Source: the human T2T-CHM13v2.0 reference genome, Homo sapiens
Assembly: GCF_009914755.1 (NCBI RefSeq)
Contig: NC_060929.1
Length of the DNA: 64,000 bases
Direction: 5' to 3' (one strand)
The position numbers and the translations under genes were made by a program. The notes under the pieces were generated by a model. It saw only the letters and a list, made by a program, of their open reading frames with translations. It was not told the origin of the DNA and ran no database searches. This document shows positions 30,555 to 51,113 of the stretch, piece after piece. The stretch's first letter is position 1. Every line of letters starts with the position of its first letter.

Positions 30555-32960
30555 AAAAGACTTTAATTTTTCAGAGCAGTTTTAGGCTTACACCAAAACT
30601 GAGAGGAAGGTATAGAGAGTGTCCATCTACACTTACCACTGCCCCTGCACAGCCTCCCCCATTTTCAGCATCCCCCACCAGAGTACTCCCTTTCTTACAA
30701 TTGATGAACCTACATTGGCACATCATTACCACCCAAAGTCCATAGTTTACATGAGGGCTCATTGGGTAATTGATAAACAAAGTAAATTTATTACAGTTCT
30801 GTAGACTGGGAAGTCCGAGGTCAAGGGGCTACATCTGGTATGGGCCTTCTTACTGCCTCATAAAATGGCAGAAGGCATCACATGGCAAGGGGGCTTACTA
30901 GAGAAAACCAAACTGGCTTTTACAACAGACCCACTCTAGTGAAAGTAACCCACTCCTATGATAACCCATTGATTCATTACCCCTTAATCCATTAATCCCC
31001 AAATGGATTAATCCATTCATAAGGGCAGAGCCCTGATGACCCAGTCACCTCTTAAAGGCCCCACTTAATACTGTTACATTGGGAATTCAATTTCAATGTG
31101 AGTTTTAGAGGGGACAAACATTCAAACCACAGCATTCTGCCCCTGGCCCCCACAAATTCTATGTCCTTCTCATATACAAATACATTCATTCCATGTTTAT
31201 AGCCCCAAAGTCTAGAGTCTCATCGAATCAGATGTGAGTAATGCTCAAAGGACAATTCATCTTGAGGTAAATTTCTTACAGCTGTGAGCCTGTGAAATGA
31301 ACGTGTTACCTACTTCCAAAATAAATGGTGGGACAGGTGTAAGACATTCTCATTTCATAAGGGAGAGATAGGCAAGAAGAAAGGGGTAACAGGTCCCAAA
31401 TAAGTCCAACACCCAAAGGAAAAACTAAGCCTTGAGGCTCCAGAGTAATCTTCCTTGGTTCCATGTCTTGCTTCCTAGATACACCAGTGTGAGGATTGGA
31501 TCCCAGGGCCTCAGGCAGCCCCACCACCTAGGCTTTCCTGGGCTCTCCCAGGCTTCAGTTCTCACAAGTAACAGTCAAGTGCCTGCAGCTTTCCCAGGCT
31601 GGAGCTGAATGCTGGCAGTTCTACAGTTCTGAGATCTCAGCGAGGTTCTGTTCTCTCTGCTCCACTAGACATTACCCCACTTGGGGTTGTCTGTCCTGGC
31701 TCTGGCTCTGACCCCACATTTTTGCTTGGCATTAATCCACGAATGGATTAATTCATTTATGAGGGCAGAGCCCTCATCACCCAATCACCTCTTAAATGCC
31801 CCACCTCTTAGTACTGTTACATTGGAGATTAAGTTTCAACTTGAATTTCAGAAGGGTCAAAATTTGAACCAAAGTACTGTTTATTTCCTTTTCCTGTCTT
31901 ATTGCATTAACTAGTACTTCCACTGCAGTGTTGAAAAGGAGTGGTAAGAGGTGACAGCTTCCTATTTTGGCTGATCCTAGTTGGAAAAGCTTCAAGTTTC
32001 TCACCATTAAGTATGATGTTAGCTATAGGTTTTTTTGTGAATATTCCTTATCAAGTTGAGGAAGTTCTCCTCTATTCTTAATTTACTGAGAGTTTTTATC
32101 ATGAATGGGTGTCGGATTTTATCAAATGCTTTCTATGCGTCTGTTGATATGATCATGTGATTTTTCTTCTTTAGCCAGTTGATGTGATGGATTATGTTAA
32201 CTGGTGATCAAATGTTCACCCAGTCTTGCACACTTAGGATGAGTCCTACTTAGTTATGGTCTGTTTTTCTTTTTATACATTGTTGGATTCATTTTGCTAA
32301 TATTTTATTGAGGATTTTTGCATCTATGTTCATGAGAGATATTGGCCTGTAGTTTTCTTATAATGCCTTTGTCCGGTTTTGGTATTAAGGTAATGCTGGC
32401 CTTATAGAATGTGTCAGGAAGTATTCCCTCTGCTTCTATTGTCTGAAACAGATTATAGAGAATTGGTCTAATTTCTTCCTTAAATGTTTGATAGAATTCA
32501 CCAGTGAAGCCATTTGTGCCTGGTGTTTTCTATTTTAGAAGGTTAATACTTATTGATTCAATTTCTTTAATAGATACAGGCCTATTCAGATTGTCCCTGT
32601 CTTTTTGTGGGAGTTTTGACAGATTGTATCTTTCAAGGAATCAGTCTGTTTTATCTAGGATATGAAATTTATGGCCATAACACTTTACAGTATTCCTTTA
32701 TTATCTTTTTAATGCCCATGAGATCTGTGGTGATGTCTCCTCTTCTATTTTTAATATTAGTAATTTGTATCCTCTCTCTTTTTTTCTTAGCCAAGCTAGA
32801 AATTATTAATTTTCTTGATCTTTTCAAAGAATTAGCTTTTGGTGTTGTTGATTTTTCTCTATTGATTTTCTATTTCCAATTTCACTGATTTCTGCTGTAA
32901 TCTCATCATTTATTGTCTTCTGCCTACTTCAGATTTAATTTACTTTCCTGTTTCTGGTTT
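30555..32960 (-). mobile_element. L1MC-type LINE fragment (3' end 30555-30765, ORF2 31876-32960) split by a MaLR
   Basis: agagcagttttagg...cattaccacccaaagtccatagtttacat 3' end; antisense RT-region sequence. Confidence 0.75.
30765..31875 (-). mobile_element. MST/MLT1A-type MaLR: LTR, partial internal region, partial second LTR
   Basis: gggcagagccct...atcacctcttaaa.gccccac...tactgttacattgg occurs twice (about 31023 and 31763), with MaLR internal sequence between. Confidence 0.75.
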
Positions 32961-33669
32961 GCCCTTGAACTCTTATTTTTAAGAATCTCTACAAGTGACT
33001 CTGATGCACAAATTTAGGAGCCATTGTTTGCATTTTAATTTCTAACATTTTATAGGAAGAAAAACAGGATCAGAGAGAGATTTTGTTTTGCATGAGGTTA
33101 TAATGTGTGCAGTTTATAAGGATGCAGCCTCTGGTTATATTGGGTTCCCCTGTATTCATCTTATTGATTTATCTGATTAATTTTATCCATGATGACAGAT
33201 TAATCTTCCTTTGACAACCTTAATTATGTGTAGTTTTCCTAGCTATAGTTAACATTGAGTGAAATCATTTGCTCTGTTAATTATTTTTCTTTGCAGTTCT
33301 TGGGACTTTCCCACAAAGTGGACTACTAGCTATGTTAGAGGATGAGTTGCCCAGTCAGCACAGTGTGGATTTTCTTTGAAGGAAAATACCTGTGTCCTTC
33401 GTAAGTGTCCTACACATGCTTTATAGACAGGGCTAGGGAACACTGTCATGTGAGCCTGTAGAAATTTAGAATTTTTCTGGATTGTTCTCTTGATTCTCAT
33501 CAGTGTTTCCACGGAAATTGAAAGATTGCTACAGTGGGTTTTGCTTGATTATATGTGCAGTTTAGTATTATAACTTTTATAAATAAACTTTAAATACTGT
33601 AGTGTGATCTTATTGCAATCATTAGAAGGAAGGATTATATGAGAGAAACTTATTTTTCTATTATAATAC

Positions 33670-33805
33670 ACATGCTTCTCAAGTTAAAATGGGACTATGC
33701 CCTGATAAACCCATCATAAGTCAGAAACATCATAAATCAAAAATGCACTTAATACTCCAGTAAGCTCGTTATAAAATTTTAAAATAATAAGTCAGGGATT
33801 GTCTG
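33670..33805. mobile_element. MER47/Tigger5-like fragment
   Basis: gataaacccatcataagtcagaaacatcataaatcaaaaatgcacttaatac motif and ctg|ta terminus. Confidence 0.5.
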
Positions 33806-34486
33806 TAATTTTACTTATGCTAATAAATGTTTTTCATATTGCTAGAAGAAGGCTAGTTATTTCTGCCTTGTCTTAACAGAATGATACGATATAATTCTTA
33901 AATGTATCATTTGTGATTTTTAAAAATAACATTTGTTTTTCTAATTACACAAGTAATGCATGTTCATTATGCAAAATTTTAAACTCAAAATTTTTTAATC
34001 ACTTGTAATTCCACCACCTGGAGATCATTGTTGTTTAGGTAGATGGCTTTCCAGGCTTTTTTAAAGTGCACATATGTAGTGGTAAATCATTTGTAATTTC
34101 ATTCCATTTCTGAGTTATTGTTTATGTTTAATTAAATACAAGACAGATTTACTAATTCACGCTTTTTATGCCTTTTAAATACCATATGGTGCCTACATAT
34201 CTTTTAGTAATTGGTATTCTCTTACAGTCTTTCCTCTACTTGGACTTTAGTTTTTTGGGGTGTTTTTCTTCCTTATACCATCCTTCTTAAAAGTTAGAGT
34301 ACTTTGTTAGTTAGGAGATTAGCTATCTTTTGTAAAATGTATGTAATATCCAAAAAAAAAAAAAACAAGCTTTGACTTAGACATCCATTTTGGACAGAGT
34401 TCAAAGTTTTTAGCAACCTGAAGTGAATGGGAACATCTTCAGTTTCAGAAAGCACACAAAATAAACTAACTCTTAAAACCTCTCCA

Positions 34487-34936
<450 letters not shown>

Positions 34937-34997
34937 TTACTCTTAATGGATACAGAGTTTCTCTTTCTGTTTCTGATGAAAAAGTTCTGCAAATGGA

Positions 34998-35290
34998 GGC
35001 CTGGCATGGTGGCTCACGCCATAATCCCAGCACTTTAGGAGGCTGAGGTGGGCAGATAACCTGAGGTCAGGAGTTAAAGACCAGGCTGGCCAACATGGTG
35101 AAACTCTGTCTCTAGTAAAAATACAAAACTTATACAGGGTGGTGGTGCAAGCCTGCAATCCTAGCTACTCAGGAGGCTGTGGCAGGAGAATCTCTTGAAC
35201 CTGGGAGGCAGAGGTTGTGGTAAGCTGAGATTGTCCCACTGCACTCCAGCCTCGGTGACAGAGTAAGACTCCATTAAAAAAAAAAAAAAA
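34998..35290 (+). mobile_element. Alu (S-like) inserted in an L1MB-type 3' end (about 34810-35420)
   Basis: Alu dimer; TSD ttctg(c/t)aaatgga. Confidence 0.9.
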
Positions 35291-36090
35291 TTCTGTAAAT
35301 GGAAAGTAGTGATGGCTACACAACATTGTGGATGTTAATACCACTGAGCTGTGTACCTAAGAAATGCTAAAATGGTAAATTTTATTATTTTTATATATAT
35401 ATATCATAATTTTTAAAAGCACTTGAAGTATGTCCAATAATACTGTTGTAATAGGAATAATCATTGCCTCTACTTAACAATTTTAATATTTAAGCTCTAG
35501 TTATCATTCAATATGAAAAGTCCTCTTTTCCTAATTGCAGTATTTCTCCCTTATACTAGCATTTTCCTTGCAAAAGGCCCAGAGATTGTGATTTGAAGGG
35601 ACAGAAGCCCACTCCATTTGCCTGAGAGACATCTAGAATATTATCTCAAAATAGTAAGATCTCATAAAAACAAACTGTTTTTCAAATTTCCATGAAAGTG
35701 TTTTTTATTTTAGAAACTGACCCAAAAAAGTACTAATTTCTTTTTTCCACAATGCTTTATTAAGCTTTGTTGACCTATATAAGGGTTATAGGCGAGGAGG
35801 GGAGTAGGGGGATTAGAAAGATTAGTCAGCTGCCACTCCTAAAAATATCAGAGTGATTTTTTTTTTCCTTAATCACATAACTGTAACCTTCTGTCTACTC
35901 AGGGCAAACTAACTTTAAGATGAAACCTAAAGAATGGATTTTTCATTTTTTACTACATTTGACTGTAAATACAGACAGCTTGATAATAATAACATATGCT
36001 GTGGAATTCCCTAAATCTCTAACATATTTTAACATCATTGTCTAGTATAGTATGTCTTATAAATGATTGTTGATTTAATAAAAACTATAA

Positions 36091-36399
<309 letters not shown>

Positions 36400-38293
36400 A
36401 AACTTTCTTGTTAATGTATATCTTGTCTTGCTTCTAAAACTGATTTTTAGGCGTGAGCCACTGCGCCCAGCCATCTTAGGCACTTTACTGAGATATTTAC
36501 AACATAGCAGAATAATAAGAGAAGAGAATGGTATCCAAAGACTCTGGATCAGAGAGAAAATAAGAATTGAATTATGATATAAAGCCAGGTATAAGATGTT
36601 ATTCAGTTGTTTTCTAGTAATCAAGCTAGAATAAATAAACTATACATTTCTTAAAGGAAATTAACAGGAGATACGTTTATCAATAAACAGTTCCCACAAT
36701 TATAAATGCATACTTCCCCAGTAGCCTTGATGACTGGTTCATGAGCCAGTATTTCTTCAGTGTGTATTCAGCATTGCTACTTCCATTGGTACTGCATCCA
36801 TACCATCAGGTGCTATGGAAAAATAGAATTGTAATAGAAAATGTGTTGGCTCCTAATGCAGTGGCCTTCAAACTACCCTCCAGGGTGTGAGTCCCACAGA
36901 GCCGCCTCAGAATAACAGGCCTAATAGTCCTGGGTTCTTAACCAGAGCAAACATCATTCATTGTATCTAATCTGCAGAGTGAATTTTCTTATAAAATATT
37001 AAATATTTTATATTAAAATATATTTTAAATATTTAAAAAGTTCTACAAATGGAAAGCAGTGATGGCTACACAACCTTGTGGATGTTAATACCACTGAACT
37101 GTGTACCTAAGAAATGCTAAAATGGTAAATTTTATGTTATATATATTTATCATAATTTTTAAAAGCACTTGAAGTAAGTCAAAGAATCCTACTGTAATAG
37201 AAATAATCATTGCCTCTACTTAACAATTTTAATATTTAAACTCTAGTTATTACATTTTAAATATAATTAAAATATATTTTTAGTTTAAATACTTAATAAA
37301 AATAAATACTTAAAATATATATAAATATAAAATAATAATACTTAAAAATAATAAAGTAAAAATATTATTTGAACAAAGGATTTAACAGCTAAAAAGATAT
37401 TTTGAAACCTCTGACCTAGTACTAGAGTCAAGACCATTGCCTAATAAAAGTATGTCCAAGATCTCCTGAACATTGGCCTGCCCTCCTTAAGAAAGAAACC
37501 CTATAATACCATGAGGCATGTAGGGGTGACTCAAAAAACTCCAGGCCAGAAACTAGAACACCTAATAAGTATTTGTCTCTTGTCTGCCACAGATTAGCCC
37601 TGTCACCTTGAGGAAGTGGCTTGACCTCTGAAATGTCTTATCTCATCTATAAAATAGGAGTATAAAATGATTACTAAGAACTTGTCCAGCACCAAGACTT
37701 TTTCAAAATTCTTTCTCTTGCCTCAAAGATGGCAAAGAATGTGCCATCAGACAAGCTCTTCCCTTCTGTCAAAAGAGAAGAACCATTGGAGAAAGAAATG
37801 ACCAAATTCTATGTAGAGAGCTTGAGCAAGAAGAAAAAATGTAGGGGAAGGGTAAATAGCTCTGTCTAGAGCAATTGGCTTTTGTTGTTTACAGCTTGTC
37901 TATGTCAGACCATCCCGTAGGAAAAGTTTGGTAAGAACAAAGACCTTTGATAAAAGATGACTGAGAGACTGTCTGGGGTTTGATGCAAAGATCATCAGAG
38001 GCATCTACAAATGAGTAGTCACCAGTGACAAAATCTCAAAGCGAGGCAGGCTGGAGAATGGGCGATCTGTTAGTCTTGCCAGAGAGGAAGGTATTAGCAA
38101 AGGCAGATTGAATAAGCGGAAGGTAAAAAAATAAAAAGCAGCAATAGCATTTTTTTTTTACATATACTTCATTAGCACAGGTTTGGCTTTACCAATATAG
38201 GAAAGGCATTTTTACACTAATTAGGTCATTGTGAAAAAGAAAAATTGGAGTTATTTTTTAAATGCAGTGTTTTTAACTAAGAAGAAAATATGA

Positions 38294-38621
<328 letters not shown>

Positions 38622-39204
38622 TTAATAACAACAACCAGTTATATTACTATAATAAGCTTTCCATGAAAACACCAAAAAGTACTTTTTGATATCTTATTAA
38701 AAATTAAGATTCTGTCATATTTCTTAGAATTATATACATTATAATTTTATGTTTTTTAGAATAAACTCAGCAATACTGTACAAGGATATCGTAATCTATA
38801 TGGAAGCACAAAGGAACATATAAATTTAAATCCTTTTGCTCCATGATCAGTCACTTCTTTTCATTTTAAACTTTAATTTTGGACATTCACAAAATTGTTA
38901 ACTCTTGAGTGATGTGGATTGAGTAAGTTGTATTACAATTGTAAAAACAAATGATTCATTTCAACTTGTATTGAACATCTTATGTGCAAGACACTCTGCT
39001 TAACACTTGAGGGGACTACAGAGATAAATCAGTGAGGTCAGTTCTATGGGAGGGGAATCAGGGACAGCTACACAGAAGCAGCTTAAGGATGATAAGGCTT
39101 CCAGTCCACAGAAAGAGAGGGGTGAAGATGATTCCAGTATAATGGAACCATGAGAACACACAGAGGAATAAAGGTGTGTCACATCAGCTCTTTGAATATG
39201 CCAC

Positions 39205-39231
39205 AAAAAAAAAAAAAAAAAAAAAAAAAAA
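39205..39231. repeat. Poly(A) tract of about 27 bp
   Basis: Direct observation. Confidence 0.9.
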
Positions 39232-39240
39232 GCTCTGAAT

Positions 39241-39542
39241 TAGTTTTCCCTCAGTATCTGCTGGGGACTGGTTTCAGGACCCCCCAGTATGAAAATCTGC
39301 AGATGATCACATCCCTGATATAAAGTGGGATATTTGCATATAACCTGTGCACATCCTCCTCGATACTTTAAATCATCTCCAGGTTACTTAGAATACCTAG
39401 TGTAATGTAAATGCTATGTAAAGAGTTCCTATACTGTATTATTTTTAACATTTATATTATTTTGTATTGTTTTTTATTTTTATTGAATATTTTCGATCCA
39501 CAGTTGATTGAATCTGCGGTTGCAGATACGGAGAGCTGATTG
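39241..39542 (+). mobile_element. MER2-like Tigger MITE
   Basis: ccctcagtatctg...ggtttcaggacccc start and gcagatacggagagctgattg|ta end. Confidence 0.75.
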
Positions 39543-39961
39543 TATACCCTCTAAAAGGATGAATTTTATGCTATGTCACTTATATCTTAATAAAGCTATT
39601 ATTTTTCAAAAGTACATGCCGTGTGTTAGGGATGGCAAGGATAAATTGTTGTCATGGTGACATGGGATCCTGTGTTGTGCAGAAGGAGAGGAGACTGGAG
39701 AGAGGTGTAGGATCAGACCACACAGAGGGTCTTGAAAACCATGCTAGGAATTTTGAATTTTATTTTCCAGGCATTAGTAAAACATTGTAAGTTTTTAAGC
39801 ATAGGAATCAAAATGACTCCATTGATTTTAAAATACGGAGCTAAAAGATAAATTAGCTGTTAGTAAAAGTGAAGGTGGAGAGGAAAAACTAGGCTATTGG
39901 AACAGCTTCGACCAAAGAGTGTAAATTAGTGAAACTAGTTTGCAAGAATACTAGGGACAGG

Positions 39962-40260
39962 GGTCAGGCACGGTGGCTCACGCCTATTATCTCAGCACTT
40001 TGGGAGGCTGAGGCAGGAGGATCACTTGAGCTCACAAGTTCGAGACCAGCCTAGGCAATGTGGCAAAACCCCATCTCTACCAAAAATACAAAAATTAGCC
40101 AGGCATGGTGGTGCACGCCTGTGGTCCCAGCTACTCAGGAGGCTGAGGTGGGAGTTCGCTTGAACCTGGGAGGTTGAGGCTGCAGTGAGCCAAGATCGTA
40201 CCATTGTACTCCAGCCTGCGTAACAGAGCCAGACCTTGTCTAAAAAAATAAAATAAAAAT
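39962..40260 (+). mobile_element. Alu (J-like)
   Basis: Alu dimer with gaggttgaggctgcagtgagc. Confidence 0.9.
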
Positions 40261-40349
40261 GCTGGGGACTGGATATTGCATCTTAAAGGGGCAAGGAAAA
40301 TGAAAGAAAATGCTGAATTCTCATTTTCATATTTATAGAACAAAGATAC

Positions 40350-40910
40350 TGTATTATTTTTCTGAACTGTGTAACCAACTATCACAAATTTAGCAGCTTG
40401 AGCAACACACATTTATTATATCAACATTTCTGTGGTTCATGACCCCAGACACAGCTTAGCTAGGGTTGTGTGAGGCTGTGGTTAAGGTATTGGCCAGGGT
40501 GGGATTCTCACCTTGAGTCAGGACTAGAGATGCATCCACTTTCAGAATTACCCAGGTTGCTGGCAGAATTCATTTCCTTGAGGTTGTGAGTCTGAGGTCC
40601 TCAGCTTCTTGCCAGCTGTAGGCTGGGGACTGCTCTCAGCTCCTAGAGGATGCTTGCAGATCACATGGCCCTCTCAACATGACAGTGAACTTCTTCAAAG
40701 CCAGCTGGGGAGAAAGTCTCTAGCACTAGTTGACTGGCAAAACATACAACATCATATAATCGTGAAATTAATATCTCATCACCTTTGCCATAGTCTGATG
40801 GTTCAAAGCAAGTTACAGGTCCCACTCACAATAAGAGGAGGAAATTATCCAAGGGGGTGAACACCAGAAAGTGGAGATGGTTGGGGTCACTATAGAGCAT
40901 GTCCACCACA
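40350..40910. mobile_element. MLT1D/E-like solo LTR
   Basis: tgtatt...cacaaatttagcagcttg...cacatttattat; tggcagaattcatttccttg; ends ccaccaca. Confidence 0.7.
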
Positions 40911-41750
40911 GGTACTTTTCAGCCTCTTAAAGTACAGTAGAGTGTCCTCTAAAGCCGAGTGAGCAGAGTGTAGACTCTGGCGTCAGACCGAGCCAGGTTT
41001 GAATCCTGACTCCATGACTGACTATCCTTTTGAGCACTAAACCTCAGTCTCCTCATTTGTACATAGGGATAAAGATCTACGTCTCATGATGTGGTGTCAG
41101 GACAAAATGAGATAATGCCGGTAAAACACTTCAGTGAGTGCCCAAGACAGGAAAATTGCTCACATATGTTATCACATTTGAGTCTCAGCTACCATGAGAA
41201 GTAATTGAAAAGTTTTCCATTAAATGATTTACCTATATTAAATCAGTTTTTGCTCTTGAGTAAACTTAATCTAATGGACTTTTTGCTATATCATTGTGAG
41301 CATGGATTAATACATTCATGAAAAATCACTAGACTTGAGTAGAGGATTTTTTTTTTAATCAACCTCTTCTTTTTACAGACAAGGAAGCTACAACCACATA
41401 GAAAAGTTATCCGACTTGCCTAAGATCTCACAGTACTTAGTGGCTAAGCCAGGACTAGAGTGATGGCCTATTTATGCAAGTTACTGCTGTTTCTACCATG
41501 TTTAGCTGTGTGACATAAATTTTTAATTACGACATTTATACATTTTTTCACTCAATCTTGTAGACTAGAAGCTCCTTTTTCAATGAGACAGCTAATTTTT
41601 TAATGCCAAGAAATAGATACATAGAAAAGTTCAAGGCCTTAGCCCTAAAATAAGAATTTGCAAACTTCTAGTGACAGTACTCAATCTCTCTGAATGTCTC
41701 TATTGTTTAAGACGTGATCTGATGTTTTAACTTTAAATTAAACTAAATTG

Positions 41751-42052
<302 letters not shown>

Positions 42053-42928
42053 CTACTTATATGTGTATGTGTCTTCACACTGTATATCTGGGCACGCTCT
42101 ATATTTTTTGAACCGATTCTTAAGGGTATCCCAATGATAGTAATGAAAATAAGCAGCATGAAATTTTATAGCCATCCTAGAACAATATTTCCTGTGTATT
42201 TTAATCCACTGGAATTGGGAAAGAAGGATTGATTATGTTGTTTTCATTTAATGTCCATTTATCAATCTCCATCTTTGTGTCAGATGTTTGCTAGGTGCTT
42301 GGGGGATGAGAAAGGGTCACCACATGACCATAATCCTCCTACCCAGAGATAACTACTCTAAACATGTTGATAGCCTTCTATATATATTTTTTGCACATGT
42401 AGTTTTTAATATAAAAAGTGACACAATAAAATACTTTCAAAAATTATAATTACAGAAGCAGTGGCTGTCATGGTAGGAGGAAACTAAAGCAAATCAGAGG
42501 GCACAAAACTGAAAACTAGGAGGATTCCCATTTCCTCCCAACCCCCTGCTACCCTCCCCAGCCCTACTCACTAGAGGCAACCACTGAGTGGTCCCTGATT
42601 TTCTTCTGGTAGTTAACATTATATTCATATAAAATATTTTAACTCTGGTTTTAGATTTATTAGCTTTAGACAGTATCTGTTAACCTTTTGCTATAAAATA
42701 TGAAGAAATTTTTTATCAATTCAAGCTTGAGCCGTTCTTCTTCTCAGCTTCCAGTTTCTAAAACTGTTTTTACCTTGAAAAGGTCTCTGACATTTATTAT
42801 TACTGGTGTATTATCTCTTGTGCTTTTTCATAGGCTAGTTTAAAAATGGAATGCATTATTGTGATCACATGTTACATGTGTATTCTCTTTAGAGCTAAAT
42901 ATATATGTATATCATTCTAAGGTACTAA

Positions 42929-49721
<6,793 letters not shown>

Positions 49722-49733
49722 TTAATTTTTGGA

Positions 49734-50017
49734 TTTTTTTCTGAGACAGATTCTCGCTCTCTTGCCCAGTCTGGAGTGCAGTGGTGCAACCTCAGCTCAC
49801 TGTAACCTCTGCCTCCCGGGCTAAAGCGATTTTCCTGCCTTAGCCTCCTGAGTAGCTGGGATTACAGGCATGCACCACTACCCTTGCATAATTTCTGTAT
49901 TTTTAGTAGATATGTGGTTTTGCCATGTTGGCCAGGCTGGTCTCAAACTCCTGACCTCAAGTGATCTGCCTGCCTCAGCCTCCCAGAGTGCTGAGATTAT
50001 AGGCCACTGCACCTGGC
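49734..50017 (-). mobile_element. Alu (S-like)
   Basis: Antisense Alu dimer abutting the L1 5' TSD. Confidence 0.9.
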
Positions 50018-50613
50018 TGAATATTTTTTTTTTTTTTGAGCCTGTCTCTGAGTACTTTTTTCATGTAGGGCTCTTGGTGGCAAATTTTTTTAGTTTTAGA
50101 AAGCCTCAAATAGCTTTATCTTCATATTTGCTTTGAAAGTTTAGATGAATATAAATATCCAGATTTTAAATTTAAAGAAATTGCTCCCGTTATCTTCCAG
50201 TATTACATTCAATGTAGATAAAGTCAGTAAGAGTCTGATTCTCATCCCTTGTTTAATGATGAATTTTTTCTTTCTCTGAGGCATTTAGAATTTTTTAATC
50301 CTTATTATAAAATTTTCAGCAGAATGTTTAGATGTAAATCTTTTCTTACTAATCTTACTCAGCATTTCATGAAACCTTCCCATATGAAGGTGCATGTCTT
50401 ATTTCAGCGTAGGGGCATTTTCTTAAGTTATTTTATGTCATTACCTTTGTTGTTTGTATCTTTTGCACTTCCTATTTGAGCAGCTTTCAACTGTTAGGAC
50501 ATGGCCTCCGTGTTTTAAATCTATTTGTTTGTACTTTACATTTCTTGGTCTTTCTCATTGCTGTTCTCAGAGATTTCTTTGAATTTATCTTCCAGGTTTA
50601 AAAACTTGGTCTA

Positions 50614-50916
50614 GGGCAGGGCACAGTGGCTCACGCCTGTAATCCAAGTGCTTTGGGAGGCTGAGGCTGGTGGATCACTTGAGCCCAGGTGTTGTGACCA
50701 GCCTGGGCAACATGGTGGAACCCCATCTCTACTAAAGATACAAAAAATAAAAAATTAGCCAGGCATGCCTGTAGTCCCAGCTTCCCAGCAGGCTGAGGTG
50801 GGAGGATCATCTGAGCACAGGAAGGTTGAGGCTGCAGTGAGCTGTGTTCATGCCACTGTACTGCAGCCTGGGCGACAGAGTTAGAACCTTTCTCAAATAA
50901 ACAATAATAAAATAAA
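50614..50916 (+). mobile_element. Alu (J-like)
   Basis: Alu dimer; cttggtc repeated on both sides. Confidence 0.9.
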
Positions 50917-51113
50917 AGCTTGGTCCTATACAGCATCGAATTTTAATTTCACCCATACAGTAAATTTTTCAGTGATCATATTTTTAATTTTCAAGATTTC
51001 TTGTTCTCCAGTTGTTTATTTCTTCATAGACTTTTCTTGTTTTAAGTCTGTCATATTCTTAATCTTCCTGAGGATACCAAATCGAGATTTTGCTTGTTTT
51101 AATTCTTTCCAGT

